64,000 nt of DNA, from positions 85,560,001 through 85,624,000 of the forward strand of contig OX597823.1 of the NCBI GenBank assembly GCA_951406725.2, written 5' to 3'. The notes beneath the pieces are model-generated. The model saw only the letters and a program-made list of their open reading frames with translations. It had not been told where the DNA came from and searched no databases. Shown one piece after another: positions 44,020 through 58,481 of the stretch. A program made the position numbers and the translations under genes. The DNA comes from Octopus vulgaris (Eukaryota). Numbering within the stretch: position 1 is the stretch's first letter; every line of letters begins with the position of its first letter.

Positions 44020-44969
44020 CGGGTAGAGTAAGTACTTGGTTTAAAATTAAAAAGTCCTAGGGTCAATTGGTTCCACTGAAAAAGCCGTCTTCGGTTCTGC
44101 TCCAGCATGGTCGCACACATAAAATATACAAGATAAAAGTCATACCTACTCGCGCGCGCATATTTATATAAATATGTATGTGTTTGTTTAAGTATATATG
44201 TGTGTTACGTACGTATTCATAAACACCAGTAAATACCCGAGTAACATTTTATTGCAAGGTCCGCTTTCTCTTCTTCCGTTTTTGTTTTTGTATGTGTGGG
44301 TAAATGTGTGGGCGTTTTCGCATATATAATCTTTTCTACTTTAAGCACTAGGCCTGAAATATTTTCGGATAGAACCAGTCTATTACATCTACCCCAGTAC
44401 GCTACTGGTACCTAATTTATCGACCCCTAAATGATGAAAGGCAAACTTGACCTCGGCGGAATTTGATCATAGAACGTAAAGACAGTCGGAATACCTATTT
44501 CTTTACTACCCACAGGGAGCTAAACACAGAAGGGACAAACAAGGACAGACAAACGGATTAAGTCCATTACATCGACCACAGTGCGTCACTGTTACTTAAT
44601 TTATCGACTCCGAAAGGAAGATAGATAAAATTGACCTCGGCGGGATTTGAACTTAGAACGTAGCGGCAGACGAGATACCTATTTATTTACTACCCACAAG
44701 GTGCTAAATACAGAAGGGACAAACAAGGACAGACAAACGGATTAAGTCAATTTCATCGACCCCGAAAGGATGAAAGGCAAAGTCGACCTCAGCGGAATTG
44801 GAACTCAGAACGGAGCGGCAGACGAAATACTGCTAAGCATTTTGCCCGGCGTGCTAACGTCTCTGCCAACTCGCTACTTTACATTTACTTACATAATACC
44901 TTCGTTTGTAACGAACACACAGCCTACCGTATACACCCACACACTCACAAACACATGCATATCTATTTT

Positions 44970-44985
<16 letters not shown>
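43090..44985. repeat. ~1.9-kb fold-back inverted duplication (arms ~43090-43900 / ~44015-44985) containing SINE A multimers and a SINE B tail
   Basis: Unique sequence is mirrored: TGTGTTTGTGAGTGTGTGGGTGTATACG..GTTACAAACGAAGGTATTAT vs its reverse complement at 44895-44955; GCAATAAAATGTTACTCGGGTATTT vs AAATACCCGAGTAACATTTTATTGC. Confidence 0.9.
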
Positions 44986-45012
<27 letters not shown>

Positions 45013-45607
45013 TATATACACTTATATACATTTTTGTATGTATTTATGTGTATGTGTATATCTCCATGAATATATGTATAGGGTGTGTTCACATTGGTAT
45101 AGAATGTCAGCAGTAAAATCGCTTCTCAGAAAAAAAAAGCCTTTAAATTGTTATTCACAAAAGACATTTTACAACAATAAAATACAAAGAATTAAACAAA
45201 CACTTGTCAACAAAGAATCTTCGAAAAGATACGATATAAACTACGAATAACTACAAAAAATTCTAAAGAAACAAAAGCCGCTCCCCCACACATAAAATCG
45301 CACAACAACACATAAAACTAAACGAGCCACATATATATACTATACCACGGGAACCAGATGCACCTCTTTTATACATTCGATGAATGCATTGTAAAAGTTA
45401 AAGTCATAAATGTGTACAAAGCATGTATTTCCCCCAATCTCATTCTGTTACAATACATTACACTATATAAATACATAACTACAAAAGCACACACTCGCAT
45501 ATACATATACACACAAAATCTCACACAGAAACACATTCAGACACATACACACACACATAAAAACATGAACACACATATACATATGCGTGTGTGTATATAT
45601 ATACCCC

Positions 45608-45913
45608 AGTAGCGAGGTCATCAGAGAGAAGTCCGGCGTGAGGGATGTCATCGCAGAATATACACGCAGCAAGTTTAGATGGGTTGGACACGTCGCCCGG
45701 CTCACCGATAATCGGTGGACCGCGCAGTCGTCGAGTGCCACCCGTGCAAGCGGAAACGACCAATCGGAAGACCTCCACGGCGGTGGAGTTACGATTTCAG
45801 GGGCGCGATTGGGATCATGTGGATGAGAAAGGCACGATCAAGAGAGGAGTGAACAGCGTGCTGTGACCAGCGGTGTCAAATGGACGCCCGGCGGACTGGT
45901 CAGTCAAGGTGAT
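45608..45913 (+). mobile_element. RTE-clade LINE 3' fragment
   Basis: SEVIREKSGVRDVIAEYTRSKFRWVGHVARLTDNRWT, then KRPIGRPPRRW in a shifted frame (RTE RT C-terminal motifs). Confidence 0.85.
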
Positions 45914-45945
45914 ATATTTAATATATATATATAGTTTATATTTTT

Positions 45946-46001
<56 letters not shown>

Positions 46002-46004
46002 GCA

Positions 46005-46076
46005 CGTACCCTCTCTCTTATATGTAGTATATATATATATATATATATATATACTACATATAAGAGAGAGGGTACG
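46005..46076. repeat. Palindrome centred on (TA)n
   Basis: CGTACCCTCTCTCTTATATGTAG-(TA)n-CTACATATAAGAGAGAGGGTACG. Confidence 0.9.
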
Positions 46077-46629
46077 GACGACGCTATATATATATATATG
46101 TATAAAAATACAAACTGGGACAAGAACGCAAAACATTTAGGAGACGATACAAAAAACACGGACGGGACATTCGAAGCCTTCAATCTTCAGTCAAGAACCG
46201 GATTATCCTTGCAATTTTAGCTGATTAATCTTGAGATTGCTCCAATCGGGCCTGTGTGTTGTGTGTGTGTGTGAAGGCTCGTGGTCTAGTTGTCATGTTG
46301 GTGAACTCACGATCGATAGCGTCCTTAAGCAAGAAATTTCATTTCACGTTACGCCAGTTCACACCGCTGTAAACGTGTAATTGTTTCAGGGAGTCAGATC
46401 CCTTCCGATCAATGGGCGCTGTTGGACTTGATTGCTTAGCCAACGGGTAAGCATCTTTGGCAAGGAAAATTATACAAAGCGCAATACGACGAACGATATA
46501 TAGCAATATCCCATAGCCCATCACGGGATTTTGAGCTTTCCCTCCCACCCTCTCTCTCCCTCTTTATATATATATACAGATATATAAATTTATATAAATA
46601 AGGATAATATGTTCTATTCTTATGCAAAT

Positions 46630-48374
46630 AAGCATAGAACCACTGTCACACCCATTGGGCCATTGATTGATGATAACGGCATTCCCCAACACGATGCTAA
46701 AGATATGGCAGAAATACTGCAGAAACAATACTGCTCTGTCTTTAGTGTCCCCACTGATATTGACAGAAGAGAAACGAACGAAGTTGACTCCCAACACAAA
46801 ATCTCAGACATAACCTTCACTGCCACTGACATCGCAGCAGCAATAAATGAGGTCAAATACTACTCTGCTGTAGGCCCTGATAGATTCCCCGCTAGTCTCC
46901 TGAAGGAATGTAGACACCAACTTGCAGTCCCTCTGACCAACCTCTGGAGAAATTCGTTAGACGCAGGTTATATACCGAAACAGTTTTTATCCCAGTCGGT
47001 CATCCCGGTTTTCAAACAGGGAAACAGATCCCTCGCAGTCAACTATCGCCCAATCTCACTCACCTCCCACATCATTAAAGTGTTTGAAAGAGTGTTAAGA
47101 TCAAGGATGGCTGACTTCTTGGAGACCCATAAACTCCTAAATGCAAGTCAGCATGGCTTCCGCTGTGGCAGGGACTGTCTAACACAGCTCTTACACCACA
47201 TTGAAGATGTACTCAAAGCCTTGGGAACAGGTTCGAACTCTGACGTCATATATCTTGACTTCAGTAAAGCGTTCGACAGGGTAGACCATAACATCCTACT
47301 CTCAAAATTGGCAAATTTTGGAATCCGTGGAAAAGTTCTACACTGGATTAAGTTTTCCTGGCGAATAAAACACAACATGTTGTAGTTGATGGAGTCCACT
47401 CAAGCCCAGCAAAAGTCACCAGCGGTGTTCCCCAGGGGACTGTTTTGGGTCCGCTACTCTTCATAATTTACATAAACGACTTTTCCAGTGTCGTACATTA
47501 CTGCAAAGTGAAAATATTTGCTGATGACACTAAGCTCCAGCAAATCGTCAATGAAGAAGCAGACCGAACTCAACTCCAGTCTGATATATATGCTGTGAGT
47601 CAATGGACAGACAGAAACAAAATGCAATTGAATGAGGGAAAATTTGAGCTGATGCATTTTGGAAGAAATTCCTCACTAAAACAACCATACTCTCTTCCTT
47701 CAGGGGAACCGCTCACAGCCTCCAACAATATCAGAGACCTGGGTGTAATTGTTGATGACGATCTCTGTTGGAGTGCACACATCAACAAGAAGGTCGATAT
47801 AGCTCGTAGGATGAGTTCCTGGATCTTAAGAACTTTCCGGTCCAGAGAACAAGGTATCATCATGCCACTTTTCTCCTCCTTTGTACGGCCACACCTTGAA
47901 TACTGCTGCCCACTGTGGTCTCCCCATACAAGACAAAACATCTCCAGGATTGAGTCACCCCAGAGGGCACTCACTAAACGAATTGAAGGCATGGCTTCTC
48001 TCGATTATTGGGATCGCCTTAAAGCCTTGAAACTTTACTCCCTCCAGCGTCGCCGTGAGCGGTACATATACCGCCAACTTTGCCCAAACGACCTTAACAT
48101 TAGCTTCAAGGTTCATCCAAGACTGGGACCACGGGCCATACGTCCCCTGACCAATTCAAGATCACAACATACATGTACACTGCAACATAATTTCTTTTCC
48201 TCAACAGGCCCTGCCCTATTTAACATTGTTCCGAGGGAGATCAAAGAGGAAAAGGATCCCATCAACTTTAAACGGAGTCTGGATAGATTCCTTCAAAGAA
48301 TACCAGATAAGCCACCCATAATTGGATACAACTCACCCAACAAGAACTCACTACTTGAACAAAACTTGACTTAA
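46630..48374 (+). pseudogene. LINE ORF2 reverse transcriptase, frameshifted near 47355
   Basis: SAVGPD, NYRPISLTSHIIKVFE, QHGFRCGRDC, YLDFSKAFDRVDH, SGVPQGTVLGPLLFIIYIND, FADD, IRDLGV, RPHLEYCCPLWSP, LKLYSLQRRRER. Confidence 0.9.
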
Positions 48375-48420
48375 ACAGGATTCGAATAATCCTATCAGGT
48401 GGTGCTATTAAGTTAGAAAC
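46630..48420 (+). mobile_element. 5'-truncated CR1-like LINE, 1.8 kb
   Basis: Contains ORFs 46609-47385 and 47445-48374; short 3' UTR after the stop codon. Confidence 0.9.
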
Positions 48421-48467
48421 ATATCTAAGTTTATCGTTATTTAAAATACCGATCTTATCAGGTGGCA

Positions 48468-48679
48468 AGCATGGGAATAAATACCTCAAAGGTTATAATT
48501 ATTAAAATTATAATTAAGGGTATCTAAAAGATAACACCATGCTAGAGATAGCAGCCAAAACTTGACTCTAATACCACATTAAACGTATGAACTTTTAATG
48601 CGGTTTTAAAGTCAAGTTTTGGCTGCTGTTTCTAGCATGGTGGTATCTCTTAGATACCCTTAATTATGATTTTTTAATA
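48468..48679. repeat. Fold-back (arms ~48500-48583 / 48594-48679) of the element family at 9810-10053
   Basis: TAATTAAGGGTATCTAA..GCAGCCAAAACTTGAC vs GTCAAGTTTTGGCTGC..TTAGATACCCTTAATTA. Confidence 0.85.
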
Positions 48680-48700
48680 TACAGATTTATATTATGTATG

Positions 48701-48741
<41 letters not shown>

Positions 48742-48744
48742 GTT

Positions 48745-48957
48745 TGACGTTTTGTGTCCCTGAGCAAGACACTTTCTTTCAGGTTGCTCCAGTCCATTCA
48801 GCTGGCAAAAATGAGTCTTGTCACACTCTGTGTCACGCTGAATCTCCCTGAGAACTGCGATAAGGTTACACGTGTCTATGGAGTACTCAGCCACCTACAC
48901 GTTAATTTCATGTGCAAGCTGTTCTGTTGATCGTATCATCGTAACCGCCGGATTGCT
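48745..48957 (+). mobile_element. CORE-type SINE, 5' truncated
   Basis: TTGTGTCCCTGAGCAAGACACTTTCTTTCAGGTTGCTCCAGTCCATTCAGCTGG. Confidence 0.75.
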
Positions 48958-48963
48958 TTTTTG

Positions 48964-49021
<58 letters not shown>

Positions 49022-49120
49022 ATATGTGTGTGTGTGTGTACATATATATGTATATATATTGTATATATATTGTATATATATATTGTATATATATGTATAT
49101 ATATATGCATATATATATGC

Positions 49121-49180
<60 letters not shown>

Positions 49181-49199
49181 ATGTATGTATTTATGTAAC

Positions 49200-49412
49200 T
49201 GTGTTTGTTCCCCACTCCGCAACATCGCTTGACAGCCGATGTTGGTGTGTTAATGTACCCGTAACTTAATAGTTCGATAAAAGAGACCGATAGATAGTTC
49301 TGGGCTTACTAAGAACAAGTCATGGAGTTGATCTTTTTCGACTAAAGGTGGTGCTCCAAACTGGCGGCAATCAAATAACTGAAACGAAGTAATAAAGGGA
49401 TAAAAGAATAAA
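49200..49412 (+). mobile_element. SINE family B, 3' half
   Basis: CATCGCTTGACAGCCGATGTTGGTGTG..GTAACTTA..GACTAAAGGTGGTGCTCCA. Confidence 0.75.
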
Positions 49413-49424
49413 ATAATATATATA

Positions 49425-49478
<54 letters not shown>

Positions 49479-50568
49479 TGTGTATGAATAATGAAATTTT
49501 AAACACACCACTCATAGAATGCAAATTAATGGATCTGGTTTACCGAAGCAGCAAATATTTTGTGTATACAAAAAAAGTGTCAATTTGTTTCACTGAGTAT
49601 GGTTGAGTGATGTTCACGCCATTTATGAAAGTTTAATAAGGGTGAAAGCCGATTAAGATTGTACCTGATGCTTCTTTATTTTTTTATGTTTTTGAATATA
49701 AAAGGAAGATATAATATTCATGTGTTTCAATATCTACTCTCAGATCGTCTGTGTATGTGAGTTCGAAATGATAAGGTGTAAATAGTGAGAATGAGTGCCC
49801 TTTATCAGCGTATTAACGACAATACCAACGTTTTCTTCAAATATGGTGGACGATTACAAAGACTCTTAAATACGATGTTTGAAGAATTGTAACTTACGTG
49901 CATGAAACCATTGGTGCTGCTGTTAATTGTGTATTCATGAATCTAGAACATACATATATAGGAAAATACATGCATACATACATATGTACATACGTACGTA
50001 CATACATAAGTGATGTTAATGGGTCTCCACACGTGGCTGACGAAGACCATCGCTGATCATTACCCATAGAATACGCCAGCAATAGCCGTAAATGAGGTCA
50101 TTGCACCAGAAGTCTGTTTCACCCGAGTTCGGGTCCGCTTCCAAACTCACCGTGGCTTCTATTCTAACAGCAGCTTCCTATTCGACCGGGCATTGGATAC
50201 ACGCCTCGCCAATAATTTGACAACGTAAGGTTTTATTCCAATAAGGTTTACCTTATAGTACTCTCACTGAATACCTTTTGTAATCACCTGAGAGGACACT
50301 TCTTCACCGAGGGATACAGTTGTACATTATTCCACCTACGATGGATCGGTGCGAGATGGATCGAAAAGATTGTGGTAAGCAATAGATTCTCGCGTATTCC
50401 ATCTTCCGTTTTCTTCATTAATTACATGTATGTATATATGAGTGTGTGCGTGTATAAACATATGTGTGTGTGTGCATGTGTGCATACATACATATATAAA
50501 AACAGGTATACCTACATGTGTATGTTTGTGTTAGGTCACACGAGAGTGGATAAGGCATTTCCTATATG

Positions 50569-50604
<36 letters not shown>

Positions 50605-51218
50605 TTTTATTCTTTTATTCATTTATTTGTCTCAATCATTTGACTGCGGCCATATTGGAGCACATGCACACACACACACATACATACATACACACACACA
50701 TATATATATATAATATAAACAGACTGAGATAATGTAATGGGAAATAGATACATAGATAGATAGGAAGATACATAGATAGATTGATAGATAGATGGGAAAG
50801 GAAAGAGAGAGATAGATCGAGGGAGAGAGAAAGAAGGGGGAGAGAGAGAAAGAGTAGAACTTATTAGGAAACATAAATCTCACGTCTAAATATAGAAACT
50901 CCATAGAACGTGTTATCTTTTATATTTATTTATGCAAATAATTGTGAATATAAAAATACTTGCGACAGACACTTGGATTAGCTTTGATCATACGTCTGGT
51001 GCATCAGGTGTGAACTTTATTGAACCAAATACACCTGAATACATCATACATATTTACATACATGCGTATATGCATACATGCATTCATACACACATATACA
51101 CGCGAATGCATATATATATATCTACACATACACATACGTATATATATACATATATGTAAGTGTGTGTGTGCGTGTATAGATGTAGATAAATGTGTATGTA
51201 GGACTTGTGTGCATGCTG

Positions 51219-51249
<31 letters not shown>

Positions 51250-51359
51250 TTCTTCGATAGAAGTGTATGTAAAATAGTTGCTAGTATTTTGTATTTTATT
51301 CATGTAAATATTAGTTAAAATTTGAAATTTAACGGTGAGAACAATAGTTAACTGTAATT

Positions 51360-51574
51360 CGGTTTGAAATAATGGAACAAGGCTACCAGTTTCGAGGGAG
51401 GGGTAAGTCTCTTTCAGCAATCCTAGTGTTCAACTGGTCCTTATTTTCTCTACCCCGAAAGGATGAAAAGCAAAGTTGGTGTCGGCAGAATTTGAACGCG
51501 GAACGCAAAGACAAACGAAATGCCGAATGCAAAGATAAACGAAATGTGCTAGCGCTTCTGCCAGCTCGCCGCCT
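51360..51574 (-). mobile_element. SINE family A
   Basis: CCCCGAAAGGATGAAAAGCAAAG..GAATTTGAAC..CTGCCAGCTCGCCGCC. Confidence 0.7.
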
Positions 51575-52948
51575 GAAATTTCAAAATAGGCAGGGCAACA
51601 GCCACCAAATTTTCAAGCAGTTAGAAATAATAGGAAGTGGCAGGACAGCTGTGAATATGTTTCAGTCTTTTTATATCATACCAACAGTCTTTAAATTAAC
51701 CGTGACTCCTCTGTTTCTAAGAAATAAAACGAAACAGGTATTTCGTGATTGAAAACTTATATAATAATATAATGATAGAATGACAGCTAAAAACGTAGTA
51801 CGGATGCCAGTGGTTTAAAAACATAATTGTAGTCTCTGAGCTAAGAATGGCTCAGTAAGTTGTAATTTGTAGTTAAATAAAATCATATACGCATTTATTA
51901 TCAAGTTTTCTCTCAGTGGGTGACCCCGCGTGAATTTTTTTAATTTCAAATGCATTATTTATTTTTTTTGCGTTGCGTGGTCGTTTAACATTTATGTGAG
52001 AATAATATAACTGTAAATTATTGTAGTAATAACAATTTCGTTTTCATTTAGCTCTATTTAAAAAACTCTCATGCGTCTATAATATTCTTTCCATATCTTT
52101 CATTTATCTTCGTTGTATATCATCTCGTTCATTGATATTTAAGCGATTATATATCAGTACCTAGTTTAATTCTCTTACACCAGTATGTTTATCGAACATG
52201 ATAGTAATGTTCCTCATTAATTTGTTCTCTTCACGGATGCACTGGAGCGTTTTCCTAAAGCTGGATCTAATATTGATAATTTGGGCTAATCTGTGCACTC
52301 TCGGTGGTAGTGTTTCTAGTTGTCCAATAATTGCAACATACATTTTTAAGGCCATTAATGTAAAAATGACTGTTGGTTGACTCATCATAGCATTTGCATC
52401 AATATTAACTTGACACTACAATTATGGTTTTAAACCACTGGCATAATTTACTACAATAATTTACAGTTATATTATTCTCACATAAATGTTAAACGACCAC
52501 GCAACGCAAGAAAAATAAATAATGCATTTGAAATAAAAAAAAAATTCACGTGGGGTCAGCCACTGAGAGAAAACTTAATAATAAATGCGTATATGATTTT
52601 ATTTAACTACAAATTACAACTTACTGAGCCATTCTTAGCTCAGACACTACAATTATGTTTTTAAACCACTGGCATCCGTACTGCGTTTTCAGCTGTCTTT
52701 CTATCATTATATTATTATAAAAGTTTTCAATCACGAAATACCTGTTTCGTTTTATTTCTTAGAAACAGAGGAGTCACGGTTAATTTAAAGACTGTTGGTA
52801 TGATATAAAAAGACTGAAACATATTCACAGCTGTCCTGCCACTTCTTTCTATTATTTCTAACTACTTGAAAATTTGGTGGCTGTTGCCCTGCCTATTTTG
52901 AAATTTCAGGCGGCGAGCTGGCAGAAGCGCAAGCACATTTCGTTTATC
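51534..52948. repeat. Young inverted duplication, ~500-bp arms (51534-52029 / 52448-52948), ~420-bp spacer
   Basis: Arms are near-perfect reverse complements with scattered mismatches (estimated >95% by eye). Confidence 0.95.
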
Positions 52949-53064
52949 GGGACCAGTCAAGTACTGGAATCATTGTAACCGACTAGCACTCACCGACATC
53001 TCTAAAATTGCTGGCCTTGCGCCAAAATTTGAAATCATTATTATTGTTATGGTTGTTATTAAAG

Positions 53065-53472
53065 CAGCGAGCTGACAGAAATGTTAGCACGCCGGGCGTA
53101 ATGCTTAGCGGTATTTCGCCCGTCTTCACGTTCAAAGTGGTCGTCGACGTCATGGTGGCGGCAGCAGCAGCAGCAACAGCGGCAGCAGCAGCAGCAGCAA
53201 CAGCGGCAGCAGCAGCAGCATCCTCATCATCAGTAGTAGTAGTAGCAGTAGTAGTAGTAAGGCGACGATCTGACAGAATCGTTAGAATGCCGGGTAAAAT
53301 GTTTAGCGCATTTCGTTTGTCTTTATGTTCTGAGTTCAAATTCCGCCGAGGTCGGCTTTACCTTTCATTCTTTCGGAGTCGATAAATTACGTACCAGGGA
53401 AACACACAGGTCGGTGTAATTGACTAGTCCCCCACACACACACACAAATTTCAGGCCTTGTACCTTTAGAAA

Positions 53473-53475
<3 letters not shown>
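53065..53475 (+). mobile_element. SINE family A copies separated by a (GCA)/(GTA) microsatellite
   Basis: GCGAGCTGACAGAAATGTTAGCACGCCGGGCG; GTTCTGAGTTCAAATTCCGCCGAGGTCGG. Confidence 0.7.
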
Positions 53476-53525
<50 letters not shown>

Positions 53526-56490
53526 GGAAAACTGACAGCTTATTTTGCTGTGTATGATGGAAAGTGTCAGCTGTCCAGAGCCAACAGACTAAGGTGACAC
53601 TTGTTTTACTGGTCAAGCTTCAAATACCCTGCGAAGAACTCTTTCAGTTCCAATCATTACTGAATTTCGTAGGTGTCCTACCTTTACACTTGCACCGATC
53701 TTTTTCAGCCAAGGTGGTGATTGAGTGCTGATACTTCCAACACCAATTACTATGGGTATCAATCACGTCTACTCTCCTCATTGACCACATCCTTTGTATT
53801 TCTCACTTTAAACCGTCGTAGTTGTTTATTTCTTCTTCTTCTTTAAAATTGATCCTGTTGTCACCAGGGCATGCTATGTCGATAATCATACATGTTCTTT
53901 CTTTTTTATTCACCACAACAATGTCCGATTTCCTATGTGTGGTTAGGTGATAGCACTGGATCATTACATCTCACAGGCTTTTGCAGTTCTCATTTTCGGT
54001 GACTTCTTCTGTGGTTTGCTCATACCATGTCTTTGCTCTTTGTAGGCCGTGATTTCTTCAGGCCTCCCAATAGACCATTCTTGCCACATTGTCATGGTGT
54101 CTTTTGTATTCGTGTTGTGCCAATTTCGGGCATTCGCAAACGATATGGCGTACCGTTTCACGCCTCTCACCACACATTCTGCATTTGTCGCTACCGGTAG
54201 TGCTGTCAGTTCTGAACTTCACATAATTGGTCCTTAATGCTTGTTCTTGAGCTGCGCATATTAGGGTTTCTGTCTCTATCTTCAGGTCACTCCTCCTCAT
54301 CCACAGCCACCGGTCCTCTGTATCTGTCTTGGCGTTCACTTCTCATGCAAAGTGACTACGTTTTTTCCTTCCTTGCTTTTTCTTTTTTTTTCTGTTCATT
54401 TCTTGTTTAAATCATTTTTTAGTTACCTAACTTTCAGTTTTGATAAAATCGGCCTTGTTCGAGTGTTTCAAGAGTTGGCCTCACGGCATTTTATATATAC
54501 CACCCTAGACTGTTTTCCTCTGCTTCGATACAGTTCTGGCAACTGATAAAACATTTTCCACCCTTTCTTCTGGACAAGTACAGCCTATCGGTGTCACTCT
54601 TCGGGTGGAAATCTCCGTGTATTGGTAACATTTTTCTGGTCTTAGTATCCATATTCTTCATTTCTCTTTTGCACCATTTTATAATTTCCGCTTCATACCG
54701 AAGTGATGCTATCGCCCACGTATTAACTGCTTGGATTTTATTCCATACGGTTAATTTTGATGGCAGTACCAACTTCAGTGTTCGGAAATACACCATCCTT
54801 AGTTATTCTTTCATTTCGTTTTCTATTATCTCGTTGCACTCTAGTTCACCAAGGTGTTTGTATCCTTCCGTTTCAATTTATTTAATCAAGTATCTATTCG
54901 GTAATTCTATCCCTGCTAGACACTGTATCGTGATTATTTTTATGTACATTACTCCGCACCTCTTGGATCTATATTCCATTCTAACATCAGTACTAAGTCT
55001 GTGGATCTTTTTCAACAAGGAACTCAATTTGTCTCATATTTGCCATACAAATTCAAATCATCTGTGAAGAGGAGGTGGTTGATTGTTTGGGATGTTTCCT
55101 TTACTTGGTACCCAACGTTCATTTTCCTAAGTACCAAGGTAAGAGCTATCATGCAGAGGACGAAAAGCAACGGAGATAGGCTGTCACCCTGGAAAATCCC
55201 TCTTCTGATACATAGGGTGCCCAAGCTTATTCTGTAAGGTGTCAGTTGAGTTTTCCACTTCACCATACTTTTCTTCAGGAAACACATTACATTCCTCGCA
55301 ATACCAAACAGATCTAAGCACTCCATGATTCACGAATGTGGAATCATGACATAAGCTTTGCGATCGTCAATCCAGGCCATTCCCAGATTTGTTTTCCTTC
55401 GTTTACAATTTTGCATTACCATTTTGTCTATCAATAGTTGATATTTGGTACCTCTGCATCTCCTTCTACAGCCTGTTTGTTCCGGTGGTAATTTATCTTT
55501 CTCATCAATAAATTTATACAGTTCTGCAATTCCTACTGACAGTAACATCCATATTAACGGGAAACAGAATATTGTCAGCAATATTTCCCTTTGGTGCATC
55601 CTTCAGCACATCACGGTTCATCCATTCGTCAACCAGCCCAGGATTTCGTTTCTCCAATGACCAAATACATTAAATTGTTCTGCCATCAATTTATGTGAAA
55701 TACTGAACTTTTTCATCCAAAACCCCTGTACACCATCAGGTCCTTCTGCTTTCCAATTGCTTATCTTTTTACTCATATTTCTGATACTGTCTTCTGTGAA
55801 GTGGAACGCCTCTTGCTGGGAATAAGAAGCTGCTTGCTTTAGGCTGCAGAGCCATTCAGCTGTAATGTTATGTTGTTCACTCCGTATCTTACTCCCAAAA
55901 TGTCGACTTTCATCAGCATCAGGGGCTCATATTCCAACTTTTTTTTATCATCATTAATCTCTTGATAAAATCTTTTTTGATCGGTTCTAAACAATTTGCT
56001 TCGCACGGATTGCTTAATCCGTTTTGAAAACTAGTTAGTTTTGCTTTCTTTTTGCATGTATGCGCTGCTTCAGTTCTTCAATTACAACACTCAGGCCTTT
56101 TGTATCTACACCATTCTTCCAAACATCTTTGAATTTCCATTCATTCTTGAGTTCTCCATTCCTTTTCCTGACAAGTATTGACACTACACTATTCAAGGAA
56201 TTTATATCTTCAGAAATTCTCCTTTTCCACCACGATTGTTTATTTCCCCTTCTATCCGTTGCTGTTCTATTCTCCGTAGTCCTCAATCCCATCCTTTCCT
56301 GCTAGCATCCTTGATAAGATTATTTCTCTGTGTGATGTTCTTTGTTTCACTGTATCTGAGAACAATATGGACTTTATTCATCTCTTTATTTTGCCTCCAT
56401 TGGTTAGCCTTCTTAAAGTCACACATAAATTCTCTCCCTTTTGCATTTAATAGATCCACAAATCTGTCAATTATTAATAGATGTTCACTA
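53526..56490 (-). mobile_element. R4/Dong-like non-LTR retrotransposon (RT, CCHC finger, RLE), pseudogenised, 3' end at (TAA)n
   Basis: [107 protein letters not shown]. Confidence 0.9.
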
Positions 56491-58404
<1,914 letters not shown>

Positions 58405-58418
58405 CATCATCATCATCA

Positions 58419-58480
<62 letters not shown>

Positions 58481-58481
<1 letters not shown>

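Noticed and set aside
46160-46200. Minus-strand CUGAAGA..GAAGGCUUC-GAAUGUC hammerhead-like string
   Set aside because: GAAU instead of GAAA and no convincing stem I or stem III.
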